Assembly (NCBI GenBank): GCA_964247055.1
Contig: OZ176051.1
Coordinates: forward strand, 4,340,001-4,404,000
Reading direction: 5' to 3'
From: Paragordius varius
Taxonomy: Eukaryota; Animalia; Nematomorpha
Length of the DNA stretch: 64,000 nucleotides
Both the position numbers and the translations under genes were made by a program. Every line of letters starts with the position of its first letter. Position 1 is the stretch's first letter. The notes beneath the pieces were generated by a model. The model searched no databases. It had not been told where the DNA came from and was given only the letters and a program-made list of their open reading frames with translations. This document shows positions 37,101 through 47,000 of the stretch, piece by piece.

Positions 37101-38937
37101 ACCAATTAATATAATTTCACTGTCTTGATTTGTAGTGTTAGCCATTTATTTTACAAAAAATTATTGTCTGCTTGTTGGGTAGTTAAAAATATTCTTATAG
37201 TCAAAGCAGACGGTATATTTTATGCGACGTGTAATTTTTCCTTTATAACATATATTTAATTAATTTAAAATTTTTAACTACCCAACAAGCAGACAATAAT
37301 TTTTTGTAAAATAAATGGCTAACACTACAAATCAAGACAGTGAAATTATATTAATTGGTATATTTTTAATCTAAGATAGATGTCAAAAAGAATTATACGA
37401 AACTTAGTGAACATGATAAGAAGCGCCTAATAAAATCAACAATTATGGATGGGGATTCGATAAAAATGGTGGCTGAATCGTTGGATATTAATTATAATAC
37501 CGCCAAATCATTTGTTATGAAGTACAAAAAAAATATTAAGTGTAAATCGCAAGGTGGAAAGAGATATGAAAAGATTACGGATCGCATTGTCAACATAGTC
37601 GAAGAAAAAATTAGCGAAAACCCCTTAATCACTCTAAAATCGCTAAAATTATTTTTAGAACATGAATGCGATTTTCGCATATCTTGCAGTACCATTCAAA
37701 ATATAATCCAAAAACTAGCGATAACAATGAAAAAAACTCATACAGAGATTAACAAAATAAATGATTCGGATACAATTAGAAAAAGAAAAGAGTATGCCAT
37801 TTGGTTTCTCGAAACGTTTAATTTTGATACAACAAAGGTGGTTTTCATTGATGAATGTGGTTTCCACAACCACCTTAGGCGAAATTTTGGAAGATCTAAA
37901 CGCGGTACAAGGGCCATTGTTAAACTTCCTAACATAAAAGGAAGAAACATAACCCTTATTGCAGCTATGGGGTCACAGGGAATTGTATTTCACAGAATAG
38001 AATGTGAGAGAAATGTAAATGGAGACATATTTTCTAATTTTTTCAAAGATTTATGTGAATTTCTCACCTCTTTGAATTTAGAAGGAATTCATTTTATTTT
38101 GGATAATGCAAAGATTCACAAAAGGGAAGTTTTAAACAATATAGCTGATGGATACCACTACAAAATTTCATTTTTGGCTCCATATAGCTACATGCTCAAT
38201 CCAATAGAAAACGCATTCTCCAAAATAAAATCTAATGTCTGCTCTGCAATTAGTAATGAAAGTAATGCATCATTGAAAGATTTAGTTAACTATGGATGCC
38301 TACAAATAACAGCAACGGATGTTAAAGGATTTTGTGATTATGTAAACCACAATCTTGCAAATGCTGCGGAGGGACGTGTTTATGTGCACCAATAATTATA
38401 ATTTTAACGCTATTATTTACTTTATTATAAACATATTAATAAATGATTTATGGCTAATAATTGTTTTAATGTTTGTATTATAATCTTGGAACATCAAAAA
38501 ACGGAAAAATTATGAAATTTTCTATTAAATATAGGTATTTCCGCTTTGAATTTTATTATTAAACCATTTAAAAAAATTTTAAGAAATGGCAAAATAATTC
38601 CCAAAGTTTTTTCCCTTTTAATTTGATAATATGAATCAAAAAATAAGCATTTTGTTCAAGGGTGAATTTGAATTGTTCAAGGGTGAATTTGAATTGTTCA
38701 AGGGTGAATTTGAATTGTTCAAGGGTGAATTTGAATTGTTCGAGGGTGAATTTGAATTGTTCAAGGGTGAATTTGAATTGTTCGAGGGTGAATTTGAATT
38801 GGTTAAGGGTGAATTTGAACTGTAAATGGTATATTAATACATAGCAAAATTGACGTTACACTAACGAAAATCTATAATTTTAGGAAGTTCTTTCCATCCA
38901 AACCCCAGGAGGTGGCGGTTATGGTCCTTACAAATAA
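15747..38937 (+). CDS. OPLAH: 5-oxoprolinase (ATP-hydrolysing; hydantoinase A+B domains), 26 exons, about 1336 aa
   Basis: Phase-consistent GT-AG exons: 15747-15902, 16389-16586, 16922-17053, 17387-17493, 17575-17883, 17989-18122, 18219-18307, 19007-19124, 19186-19328, 19424-19549, 19714-19826, 20297-20677, 21669-21819, 26287-26420, 26482-26658, 26812-26989, 27294-27395, 28151-28319, 28787-28896, 29156-29380, 29590-29724, 29993-30142, 30335-30495, 31310-31470, 34449-34546, 38884-38937 (4011 nt). Motifs: [76 protein letters not shown]. Confidence 0.95.
16626..16666. repeat. (AT)n microsatellite
   Basis: Pure AT run. Similar runs at about 11061-11082, 31109-31142, 58211-58240 and 60393-60428. 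Confidence 0.9.
22587..25041 (+). pseudogene. hAT transposase pseudogene (BED-type zinc finger, DDE core, hATC dimerisation motif)
   Basis: [27 protein letters not shown]; LYSDAS; [11 protein letters not shown]; [11 protein letters not shown]; SKTRWL; [14 protein letters not shown]. Frameshift near 23610, further breaks, and a TTAA MITE inserted at 24113. Confidence 0.9.
24113..24695 (-). mobile_element. piggyBac-like TTAA MITE inserted in the hAT transposase
   Basis: TTAA at 24109-12 and 24696-99. Removal rejoins [10 protein letters not shown]|NEKLKLW of the transposase. Confidence 0.92.
27617..27772. repeat. 78-bp direct tandem duplication in an OPLAH intron
   Basis: TAATTACAATTGTAATTTTATATTTTGTAG...AAAAAAGTAT at 27617 and again at 27695. 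Confidence 0.85.
30780..30999. mobile_element. About 220-bp hairpin MITE in an OPLAH intron
   Basis: TA|CAGTCATGTATCCT ... AGGATACATGACAG|TA. Long perfect inner arms (AAATATTTGGTAAAGAATGGAAAAAACAAGAGCTCTATGGTA and its reverse complement). Confidence 0.72.
31974..32011 (-). ncRNA. Hammerhead-like motif in the Penelope 3' arm (core partly deleted)
   Basis: Reverse complement reads aacg-CTGAC-GGACA-tatatag-TGTCC-GAAA-cc-GTA-cgc. Perfect 5-bp stem II, and in sense orientation to the GIY-YIG ORF. Confidence 0.45.
32230..33617. mobile_element. Non-autonomous Tc1-type element, second subfamily (ends TACCATTTT(T)CATGC; different 21-bp array)
   Basis: Long imperfect TIRs (about 32230-32690 and 33120-33617) contain arrays of TTTTTTCAAGCAAACGCAACA. 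TA duplication at 32228-29 and 33618-19. Removing the element restores the Penelope reading ...KMNDI|WKVILDD*. Confidence 0.85.
33944..33988 (+). ncRNA. Hammerhead-ribozyme-like motif (type I, degenerate) in the Penelope inverted arm
   Basis: aacg-CTGAGGA-cggacatacgttatagtgtac-GAAA-cc-GTA-cgc: core CUGANGA / GAAA / GUA with a stem II. Stem III is very short and the pairing imperfect. Confidence 0.5.
35132..35441. mobile_element. 310-bp MITE of the TACCATTT Tc1 family
   Basis: Ends TACCATTTACA(G/A)TTC with 2-3 of the same 21-bp units at each end. TA duplication at 35130-31 and 35442-43. Confidence 0.9.
35641..35817. repeat. Subterminal 21-bp tandem array (8 units) of the palindromic Tc1 element, left arm
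   Basis: Unit TTCAAATTCACCCTTGAACAA repeated at 21-bp period from 35651. Confidence 0.95.
36065..37145 (-). CDS. Mirror-image identical Tc1/IS630-like DD34E transposase (exon 37145-37103, intron 37102-37081, exon 37080-36065)
   Basis: The supplied translation of 36065-37015 is identical to that of 37445-38395. Coordinates are symmetric (pairs sum to 74460). Confidence 0.92.
37315..38395 (+). CDS. Tc1/IS630-like DD34E transposase (about 352 aa with exon 37315-37357, 22-nt intron, exon 37380-38395)
   Basis: VFIDECGF ... FILDNAKIH ... [17 protein letters not shown], with 34 residues between the second D and the E. N-terminal HTH-like segment [13 protein letters not shown]...[19 protein letters not shown] 37445-38395 is intact. 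The upstream in-frame HTH part is reachable only by splicing GTATATTTTTAATCTAAGATAG. Confidence 0.92.
38653..38829. repeat. Subterminal 21-bp tandem array (8 units), right arm
   Basis: Reverse complement of the left array, with the same unit variants in mirrored order. Confidence 0.95.
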
Positions 38938-39640
38938 TTCTACATTAAACCAATTTTTAATTACTACTAATAATATATCCATTTTTATATATATTTTTAA
39001 CCATTTATAACTCCACTTTATGGTAAGCAATGCAATTCACATAGTTCACAATTAATGTAACAAATCATAATATTTGCAATAAATATGACCTGGGTATAAT
39101 AAAACAATTACTTGTAAGTTGATTTTACATATCTTAGCTTTTATGGTATGTTGTTATTTAAATATTTTTTAATTTCAGTGAGATTCGAGTTAGCATTTTT
39201 TATGAAATCATAATAATTTGAGAATAGAAAATATAAACAGCATTTTTCTGCGACAATTGTAAAAAAATGTGACAGGATAAAAATAAACTTGTTATATAAT
39301 GTAGAAAACAATCATTTTGATTTAATTGAGTGGGTCCTAAGGCGAAAATTTGAGAACCAAATCATTTTGATCACTATTTTAGAAACAGATTAGGAACAAA
39401 GTAAATATTGGCAAATTTTGCTTTTTAGAGTTTATGGTTTCCAAATCTTTTAAGAATTCATACTTTTTGGGGTATTTATATACCCCAGGGCCATTTGAAA
39501 TTTAAAAAAATATTTTTCGGGTCAAATTTGGAATTAGCTTTCTTTGACCCTTTAGTTCCATGATACAAATTTATGTTAAAAAAAAATCAAAGTGTAAAAA
39601 TATCCTTATGTCAAATTTTCGCCGCCATTTCCCACTTTAA

Positions 39641-40190
39641 CACTGGATACAACACATTCATTTCAGTCCTTCGATGCAATATTAGGATCGTTGGATACCT
39701 CAGGCTAGTTTAAATAAAATATTTAAAAAATATGGAATAAATTGAAACCAACTTATATAACATTAATAAACCGAAATATAAAGAAAATTCATTGAAAAAC
39801 TTGATATTACTTATAAGGTAAAACCCAAAGGTAAATCTAGCCAACATAACATGTGTGCATAAGCTAAATATGAAAATAATGCAAAATATACCACTTTTTT
39901 GTTTATATTAATGTTAAATATGCTTTTAATAAAAAGTAAACTTAATTGTAGCCTTAGAATCTAATTAACACGATATTTTGCATAAATTTTGTAAAATAAA
40001 AATGATGTTGAAGTAGTGTGATACGGAACTTTTTTTTTAAAGCTTAATTTCCATATATACTTTGGCTTATTTACATAATTTTTATTAGGAGAGAAGCATA
40101 GGTTAAACTGGAACCGTATCCTTCAGAGTTTTTTTAAAAATTTCAACTTAAATATTGTATGGGGTATTTAGTTACCCCAATTTAAATCGA
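39641..40190 (+). mobile_element. Diverged piggyBac-like TTAA MITE between the OPLAH and RBMS 3' ends
   Basis: TTAA|CACTGGATACAACAC start. Colinear to GGGGTATTTAGTTACCCCAATTTAAATCGA; right end decayed. Confidence 0.7.
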
Positions 40191-41053
40191 TCATGAATGG
40201 AACGGGCAAATAAATGTATGTTATGGTTAAACAATATCAATGATTAGAAATCTTTCAAATTACTATTTACGAGCAAATTTTTGATCTTTCTTCCAAAAAC
40301 ACTGTAAAAATTCTAGTTTCTATTCTTTATCTAACACAGGAGAAGAAGGTTTGATAATTAAATTTTAACCAAAACAATAGTTTGTATACTACTTTAAGCT
40401 CTCCAAAATGTCATAATCACAAAAAATGAAAATGTCTTTAAGTGGTAAATTGCGCTTCGTTAAGTAATAACCTGACATAAAATATTTATTTTAAATAAAA
40501 AATTTATTTTTCATGATTGGTTTGTTCTATATTAAAAACATATGTTTGATATATAAAATATGATGCATATAGGCCAATCACAAATCATTGTTTTCAGTTT
40601 TTTTACTGCAAAGACACAAAATTAATTTATATCCAAAAAGAAATATGTATTGATATAAAAATTTATGGGTTAACCTATAAAAACCATTAAATGATTTCTT
40701 TTTAAAAAATAAAATTCAGCCGATTATATATATAAAACCGGGTGTTCATGATTGCAAATGCTTACTTTTTGCCTTATTTTGATTATGGATAATCTAAATA
40801 GATAACAAAAAATAATGTACTTATTGCCCCCCTATTGATCTATATCCTTTTCAGCAGAGATAATATTAAATTAAAAACAATAATTAGGTATGAAAATCTG
40901 GGATTTAAGTGTAATTGCGTTTTTGCGTTACCATAGCCGGATTACTCAATGATATTAACCAATGGTATATTATTGCGAAATCAAACCCAAAATACACATA
41001 AATTAATTTTCTCAATTTCCATTCGTATTTGGCTGCGTTTTGTATTAATAATT

Positions 41054-44000
41054 TCATGGGCTGTTGGTTGTCGGTGTAGGATACAGTGTAACAACAATGG
41101 ATGTATCTAATATAATAAGTGAAAAAACATATATGAGTAAATGTTTTCTTGAACAAAAAACTACAGTGCAATATAATTTTATTCAAACTATATCATAACC
41201 GTACCAGATTGATCAGAATTTGAGATTAATGTATGATCCTGTGAAGGAGATGTGTAATTCGCAATAGTATTTACATTATTTGTGTTAATAATATTTACAT
41301 CAACATTTTGGGTGGGGAAGGATGTTGTAGGAGGAGGTGTCGTTTGAGTTAAATTAACCACGTATTGAGCAACATTAGGTGACGGAACCATAAATGGTAA
41401 AGGTGGAGGGGGAATATAAGGACTTTGAAATTGATTCAAATTATTGATGCTATTTATTATATTATTTGGCCGAAAATTATTCATCGATTGATTTGGTATG
41501 AGAGCAGTGGTATTTAGTTGATTAACAGGATGAAATGGAATCGAGGGATTCGCCATTATAGGGAGATTCATTGATGGAAGCAGTTGTGCTACTTGTGGTT
41601 GAGTTATCATGATAAACTTTGAGTTTGTCGTCAATGCGACATTATTCGAATTAATATTGTTTTGGGCAGTATCACACTCATTTGAAACAGATGAAGCCAA
41701 ATTCAAAACATTATTATTAGGTTTAACATTATTGCCATTTGTTCCACCATGATTGAGATTTGGGGGATAAAATGGTATTGGTATGTAACATCCCACCATA
41801 GGGTATGGGTACATCATATTAACGTTAGGTTGAGCATTCAAATTTACCGCAGATTGTTGTTTTCCAGTATTTAAGACTAATGCATTAGAGCCATTATTAT
41901 TGTTGTTAACAAAGGCGGTATTTATACCTCCTAACACACATGGGACATAGAATTGCCCACCCTTGTTTGGACCACCATTTTCTCCACCAAAATTTACTGG
42001 GATCATGTATGCCGTATTATTCAAATTAAGCATTTGTTGCGGTTGAAAAGTTTCGGAAAACATGATGGCATTTTTTGGCATATTTTTTGATGGATGATAA
42101 TAAGCGTTATTGGTATTATTATCTTTATTGTTACAATTGAAAAATTGCAATGTTTGAGATGCAGGTAAAACGTTGGTATTTGGCATGATTGTATCATTGG
42201 TAGTTAATGGAGTTGATGACTGAAATGGTTTAAGTGGTATTAGATTGCCATTGTTTTGATTAAAATTTGTTTGTTGAATGTTGGGGACAGGGAAGGGTAT
42301 TGGATTTACATGAGATTGAATGTTAGATAAACCTAGTTATTATGTAATAAAAAAAGTTACTTAAATGAGTAGCTATATGCTCAATTTGATCGCGCAGAAA
42401 ACTTGTTATTTACGCACCTATGTATAACAATAATATCTTTTTGCCTACATTTTAAATCCTTTAAAAATCGTCAGTTAAATTTGGTATCCTACAATTGAAA
42501 CAAAAACCTTTTCATTTTCTCTATAATATTTTTAGATTACTCATAAATTTAACTTTAAGGGACTAAATATATATTTTACCAAAGATCTTATAACTTTAAC
42601 ATTTTTTCAAAAAACTAGTTATATCCAGATATCTGGCAATCAATAAAGTTTGCAATTTATTAATGAATAAATTGTCAAATTTTAAAATTTGGTAATTTAA
42701 CCTTTAGCAGAAGATGTCTCACTATTGAGATTATAATAATTATCAAGGAGTGGAAATTGATATGGACTCCCACCGGGTAGTAAATGAGAAAAGGGTCCAT
42801 GATGAATATTTCCAGTTAGCGGAAATGATGAGTTATATCCTAACATGAATAATTGTAAAAATATAATATACCTATGTGCCGTCAAATCCAAAAAACATAA
42901 TTTTTAAAATGAAGTTTTAAATATTTTTATATATTGTACGCATAAAGTTTTTGTAAATCATTCAAAATTTTAAAATATTCTTTCTTATTTGTGTCATCTT
43001 TTACAGAATAATTTATTGCAATTTCGCCAACAAGCAATTATAGCTATTATTCATAATTTAAAAATATGTTGCGGATATTTTTATGGGATCATGTGCATTA
43101 TTACTTTAAAAAAATACAGTAACACCTATTACATCGTAATTTGGAAATTTTGAATTATTCATTTGAAAAAATTCCCAATGACTAATTATTTTAATAGAAT
43201 GCAGATGAAAAGCCAAAATAAACGGAAATTTTTTATGTGTGTTATCCTTTATAAGTCCAACAATATACACTTCTATATTCAAATTAATTTAGAAAATAAT
43301 AAGGTTATCATTATATTGAAGTAAATGGAATGAAAATAAGCGTCACAGTTTTGAAAAAAGTAGAACCACGGTTCCAATATTAAAAAATACTCTAAACTAA
43401 ACTTTTACCATTCGATATAACATTTTTTATTTATAATCCACATTTTTACTTCATTATTGTAGTCGATTTAAGAATTTAAGACACGATTAAATTTTTTACG
43501 CGCAATAAGGTTGATGAAAACACTTTTCGATAAAGACTTTAATTATCTAAACGCTAGCTATATTTCATTCAGTTAAAGTTTGATTGCATGCATATATCAA
43601 TAAATTACCAAACAAATAAGGCTGTTGTTGGAATGAATTAGAATTGTTGCACGTGGTATTAATCGTGGCTGACAACTTGTGTGATTGTTGCAATTGAAGT
43701 GACATGGAATTGGAATTCAGTGAATTATAGTTGGAAAGTGCGTTGGGCCCATATATATTATGATGGTTACCATGGAGATATGAGCTATGCAAACTTATTA
43801 TAGGGTTTAATGATAGCTTATTATAATTATTAAAACTATTTGGTTGAAACAAAAAGGGTAATCCACCACCCAAATTATTATTAGGTAAATAAGCCGCCGC
43901 TGGTGAGTTAAATAATAAAGATGATGATTTGAATGTAAAACCATTGCCATACTTATCATAATTATTATTATGATATAGGTTGTATTTTTTTAATGAATTG

Positions 44001-47000
44001 TTATTATGGGAGTAATTAGAGGCCGAGGTTGGACTTGAAGAATTATCAGCAAATTTGCACATGATAGGTTTGGAAGAACCTAAACAGGAATATTTAATAA
44101 ATTCACCTTTGAACAATTAAAATTAACCCTCAAATAAATTATGTGTTTTTCTTAAGATTAAAAATTACCTATACGTTTTTATGTATTTTTAAAAAATAAA
44201 ATTTTGTTTTAAATTAAAATAATACTGAAAAAATATAAAAACTATGCCAAAAAGATATATTTCTTATTAATAATGAGTTATAATAGTTCAAAAAACACAC
44301 AATTTATTTTTAGGTAAATTCGAATTGTTCAAGGGTGAATTTGAATTGTAAATGGTATATTAGTAAAAATATTCTATTAAAAAATAACTTACATCGAAAT
44401 TTGATAGAAACCGCAAAACATAAATACTAATCAAAGTTTTTAAATAAAACCATTTAACAGGCAGTTTTTAATAAAGTCATCAAATGGATCCTTAATTTTT
44501 ATTTAGTTTATAAGATATTGTGTTTAACCAAAGCTTACGGAGCCCTTAAATTTAAAAGCCCGTAACCCTGATCGATAATGCTATATAGAAAAAATTAAGG
44601 AGACAAAAATGGCAGACTATATAAAAATTGAGAGTCATTTTCTGGTTATTTGTTATAGACTGTGATTTACATATTTTTGGTCGTTAATGTTGTATTTAAC
44701 CCAAAAGATATTTTGAAAAAAATTAATCAAAAGGCAAAGAGGTTTAAAATAATGTAAAATTTAAAAATGTTAAAAACCTTCCAATACTAAACCGTGAAGA
44801 CTGGCTATCACATTTTCGCAAGCAGAACGAGATTCTAACCTAAAAAATAAATAATAAAATTATTTGGTGAATTAAGGATAATTTTCTTATAAATTTTGTC
44901 AACAATTAATTTTGATAAAATAATGTATAGAAACTTATAGTATTTTAATGAAAAAGATAATTTTAACAAAGTATATTAACCATTTAAATAAAAGTATATA
45001 TTTTTAATGTGAAATTTGGAGAATTACTGTATATACAAGTCGTTTTTTAACATAATTATTCATTAGAGCAAATATACAGAGTAATAAAAATTGAACACTT
45101 TTATAATGTAAGAGATTAATTTTTTATCAATCATCTAAATATCTTATATGTTACAGTTGTAAATTAAAATCAATGAGAAACATCCTCATTTCATAGTATA
45201 CTATTCACATTCTAATCTACCCTTGAACAATTCAAATCACCCTATTTAATTCGAACTAATATAACTCATTATTAATATGAAATAAATCTTTATGGTATAT
45301 ATTATTTTTTCAACAAAATATTAGTTTTTAAAATATATTGAAAAATAGGTTATTTTTAATTTAAGGGTGAATTCGAATTGTTTAAGGGTGAATTTGAATT
45401 GTAAATGGTATAAATAACCGTAATCATATATGTTATAAATAAAAAAATTAAATAAATAAGCCTATCTTTATAAAAAAATATTAATCTTTTAACTTTTTTA
45501 TGTTTACTCCATATAATTCTAAATATACTACACTATAGTTAGCCATTTAAAAACCACCTTAAAGCCACAATTTAAAATATAAACTTTTTTCAAAAATGTT
45601 AATAAAATAAAAGTTTTATCACCTAGCAAAACCTACACCACGGCTTTTTAAATTGCCATTTTTAGAGCCAATATTTGGTGGATGTTCTTTAAGTATACGG
45701 ATAGAAAGAACTGATCCATGCGGGCTAATTAAGCTTTCTAATTCGGGTTCTGTCATAGAGAGAGGCAAATTTGCAATATACAAATTGGTAGAATCCAAAG
45801 ACTGTTGCTATAAAATAATAGATATATACATGTATAAAATTGCATCTAAATACTCATCTTATATTTTGGAAATATTTTGTTAACACATATATGATTATAA
45901 AATGATTGTTATTTAATTCCTTTATTATTCAAAAAACAACTTGAATTTATAAAAAGGTATATGAAACTAAAATTGGAATCAAAACACTTTTATCGTTTTT
46001 TAAATAAACCCGTTTATTAGTCAAAAAATAACATTAAAACGATTTTTTGTCGAATAATTATATATATGATATTAACAATTAGCGTATGAAATCAATATTG
46101 TTTTAAAATTACAAAAAAATCTTTTTTCTAATCTATAAAAAATAGGACAAAATTTTCGCATTTTATTTTTATAGTTATCATTCAAACTGAATATTTTAGG
46201 ATTTTAAATTTGAAAAAAAAAAAAAAAATAAAATTTAACCATTGATAGAAAACGATGGTAACGCCAAAAAATTATACGAAAATTGTTCGAAAAAAATAGA
46301 AAGTATTTTATGATTTATGAATATTTTTTACTATATTTAGTATAAATAAAAAAATAATAAAAAAAACCTTAGCCATTTGTACTTGCATACCCAACGATTT
46401 CAAATCAGTCAAAGCAGTTTGTGCGGATTCTACAGTTTCGAAATCCACGAAACCAAAACCTATATTATAGGTATATTTTTACAAAATTTAACAATTTTAT
46501 CTTGTGAATTTTAATCAAATATAAACTATTTTTGTATTTGCAATGACTAACCCAAAATTTAGCACAAAATAATTTGATATTACATGTATTAAAATTTATT
46601 TTTAAATTTAAAAAAACGCAGGACTAGCGGTAAGAATATTGATGTTAACTTCTCTTTATAAAATAGAGCGGACAGCATATAGTTTTTGAAAAATTTATTA
46701 TATCGGGCTTTTATTTGAAAATAAACATATTTTGATTCCTGGCGTTTATAGAAAGTATAGTGATAAAATACAGACAAATTTTTTTGTTACCACAATAATT
46801 AATTAAAATGTTTTGAATAACTCCGTATAGTGTAAACTTTATAAAATTATTTAGGGCTTCGAATTCTATCACATATAATTGTACAAAATTTTGATTATAA
46901 AACAGTTAGGATATACGAAATTAATAGTGGATAAAAAATTTATCTATACCACAGTACAGTAAGATATAAATAACTAAAACAAGATTATATTTATTGATTA

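Larger units (their letters stand above)
35639..38831. mobile_element. Palindromic Tc1/mariner (IS630-Tc1, DD34E) element with two divergent transposase genes
   Basis: Arms 35639-37190 and 37270-38831 are reverse complements, differing by a 10-nt indel near 38615-38625, with a 79-bp spacer. Both ends read TACCATTTACAGTTC. TA target duplication at 35637-38 and 38832-33. Each arm has 8 subterminal copies of a 21-bp repeat. Confidence 0.93.

Noticed and set aside
36510-37950. Antisense ORFs overlapping the transposases (67-70 aa)
   Set aside because: Shadow frames of the transposase coding sequence, duplicated only because of the palindrome.
44080-44116. FKGEFIK at the start of ORF 43565-44116 resembling RBMS FNGKFIK (possible MITE exonisation)
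   Set aside because: The orthologous segment is already encoded by exon 44839-44778, and a phase-correct acceptor lies at 44081-80. FKGEF comes from the intronic MITE repeat, so the match is coincidental.
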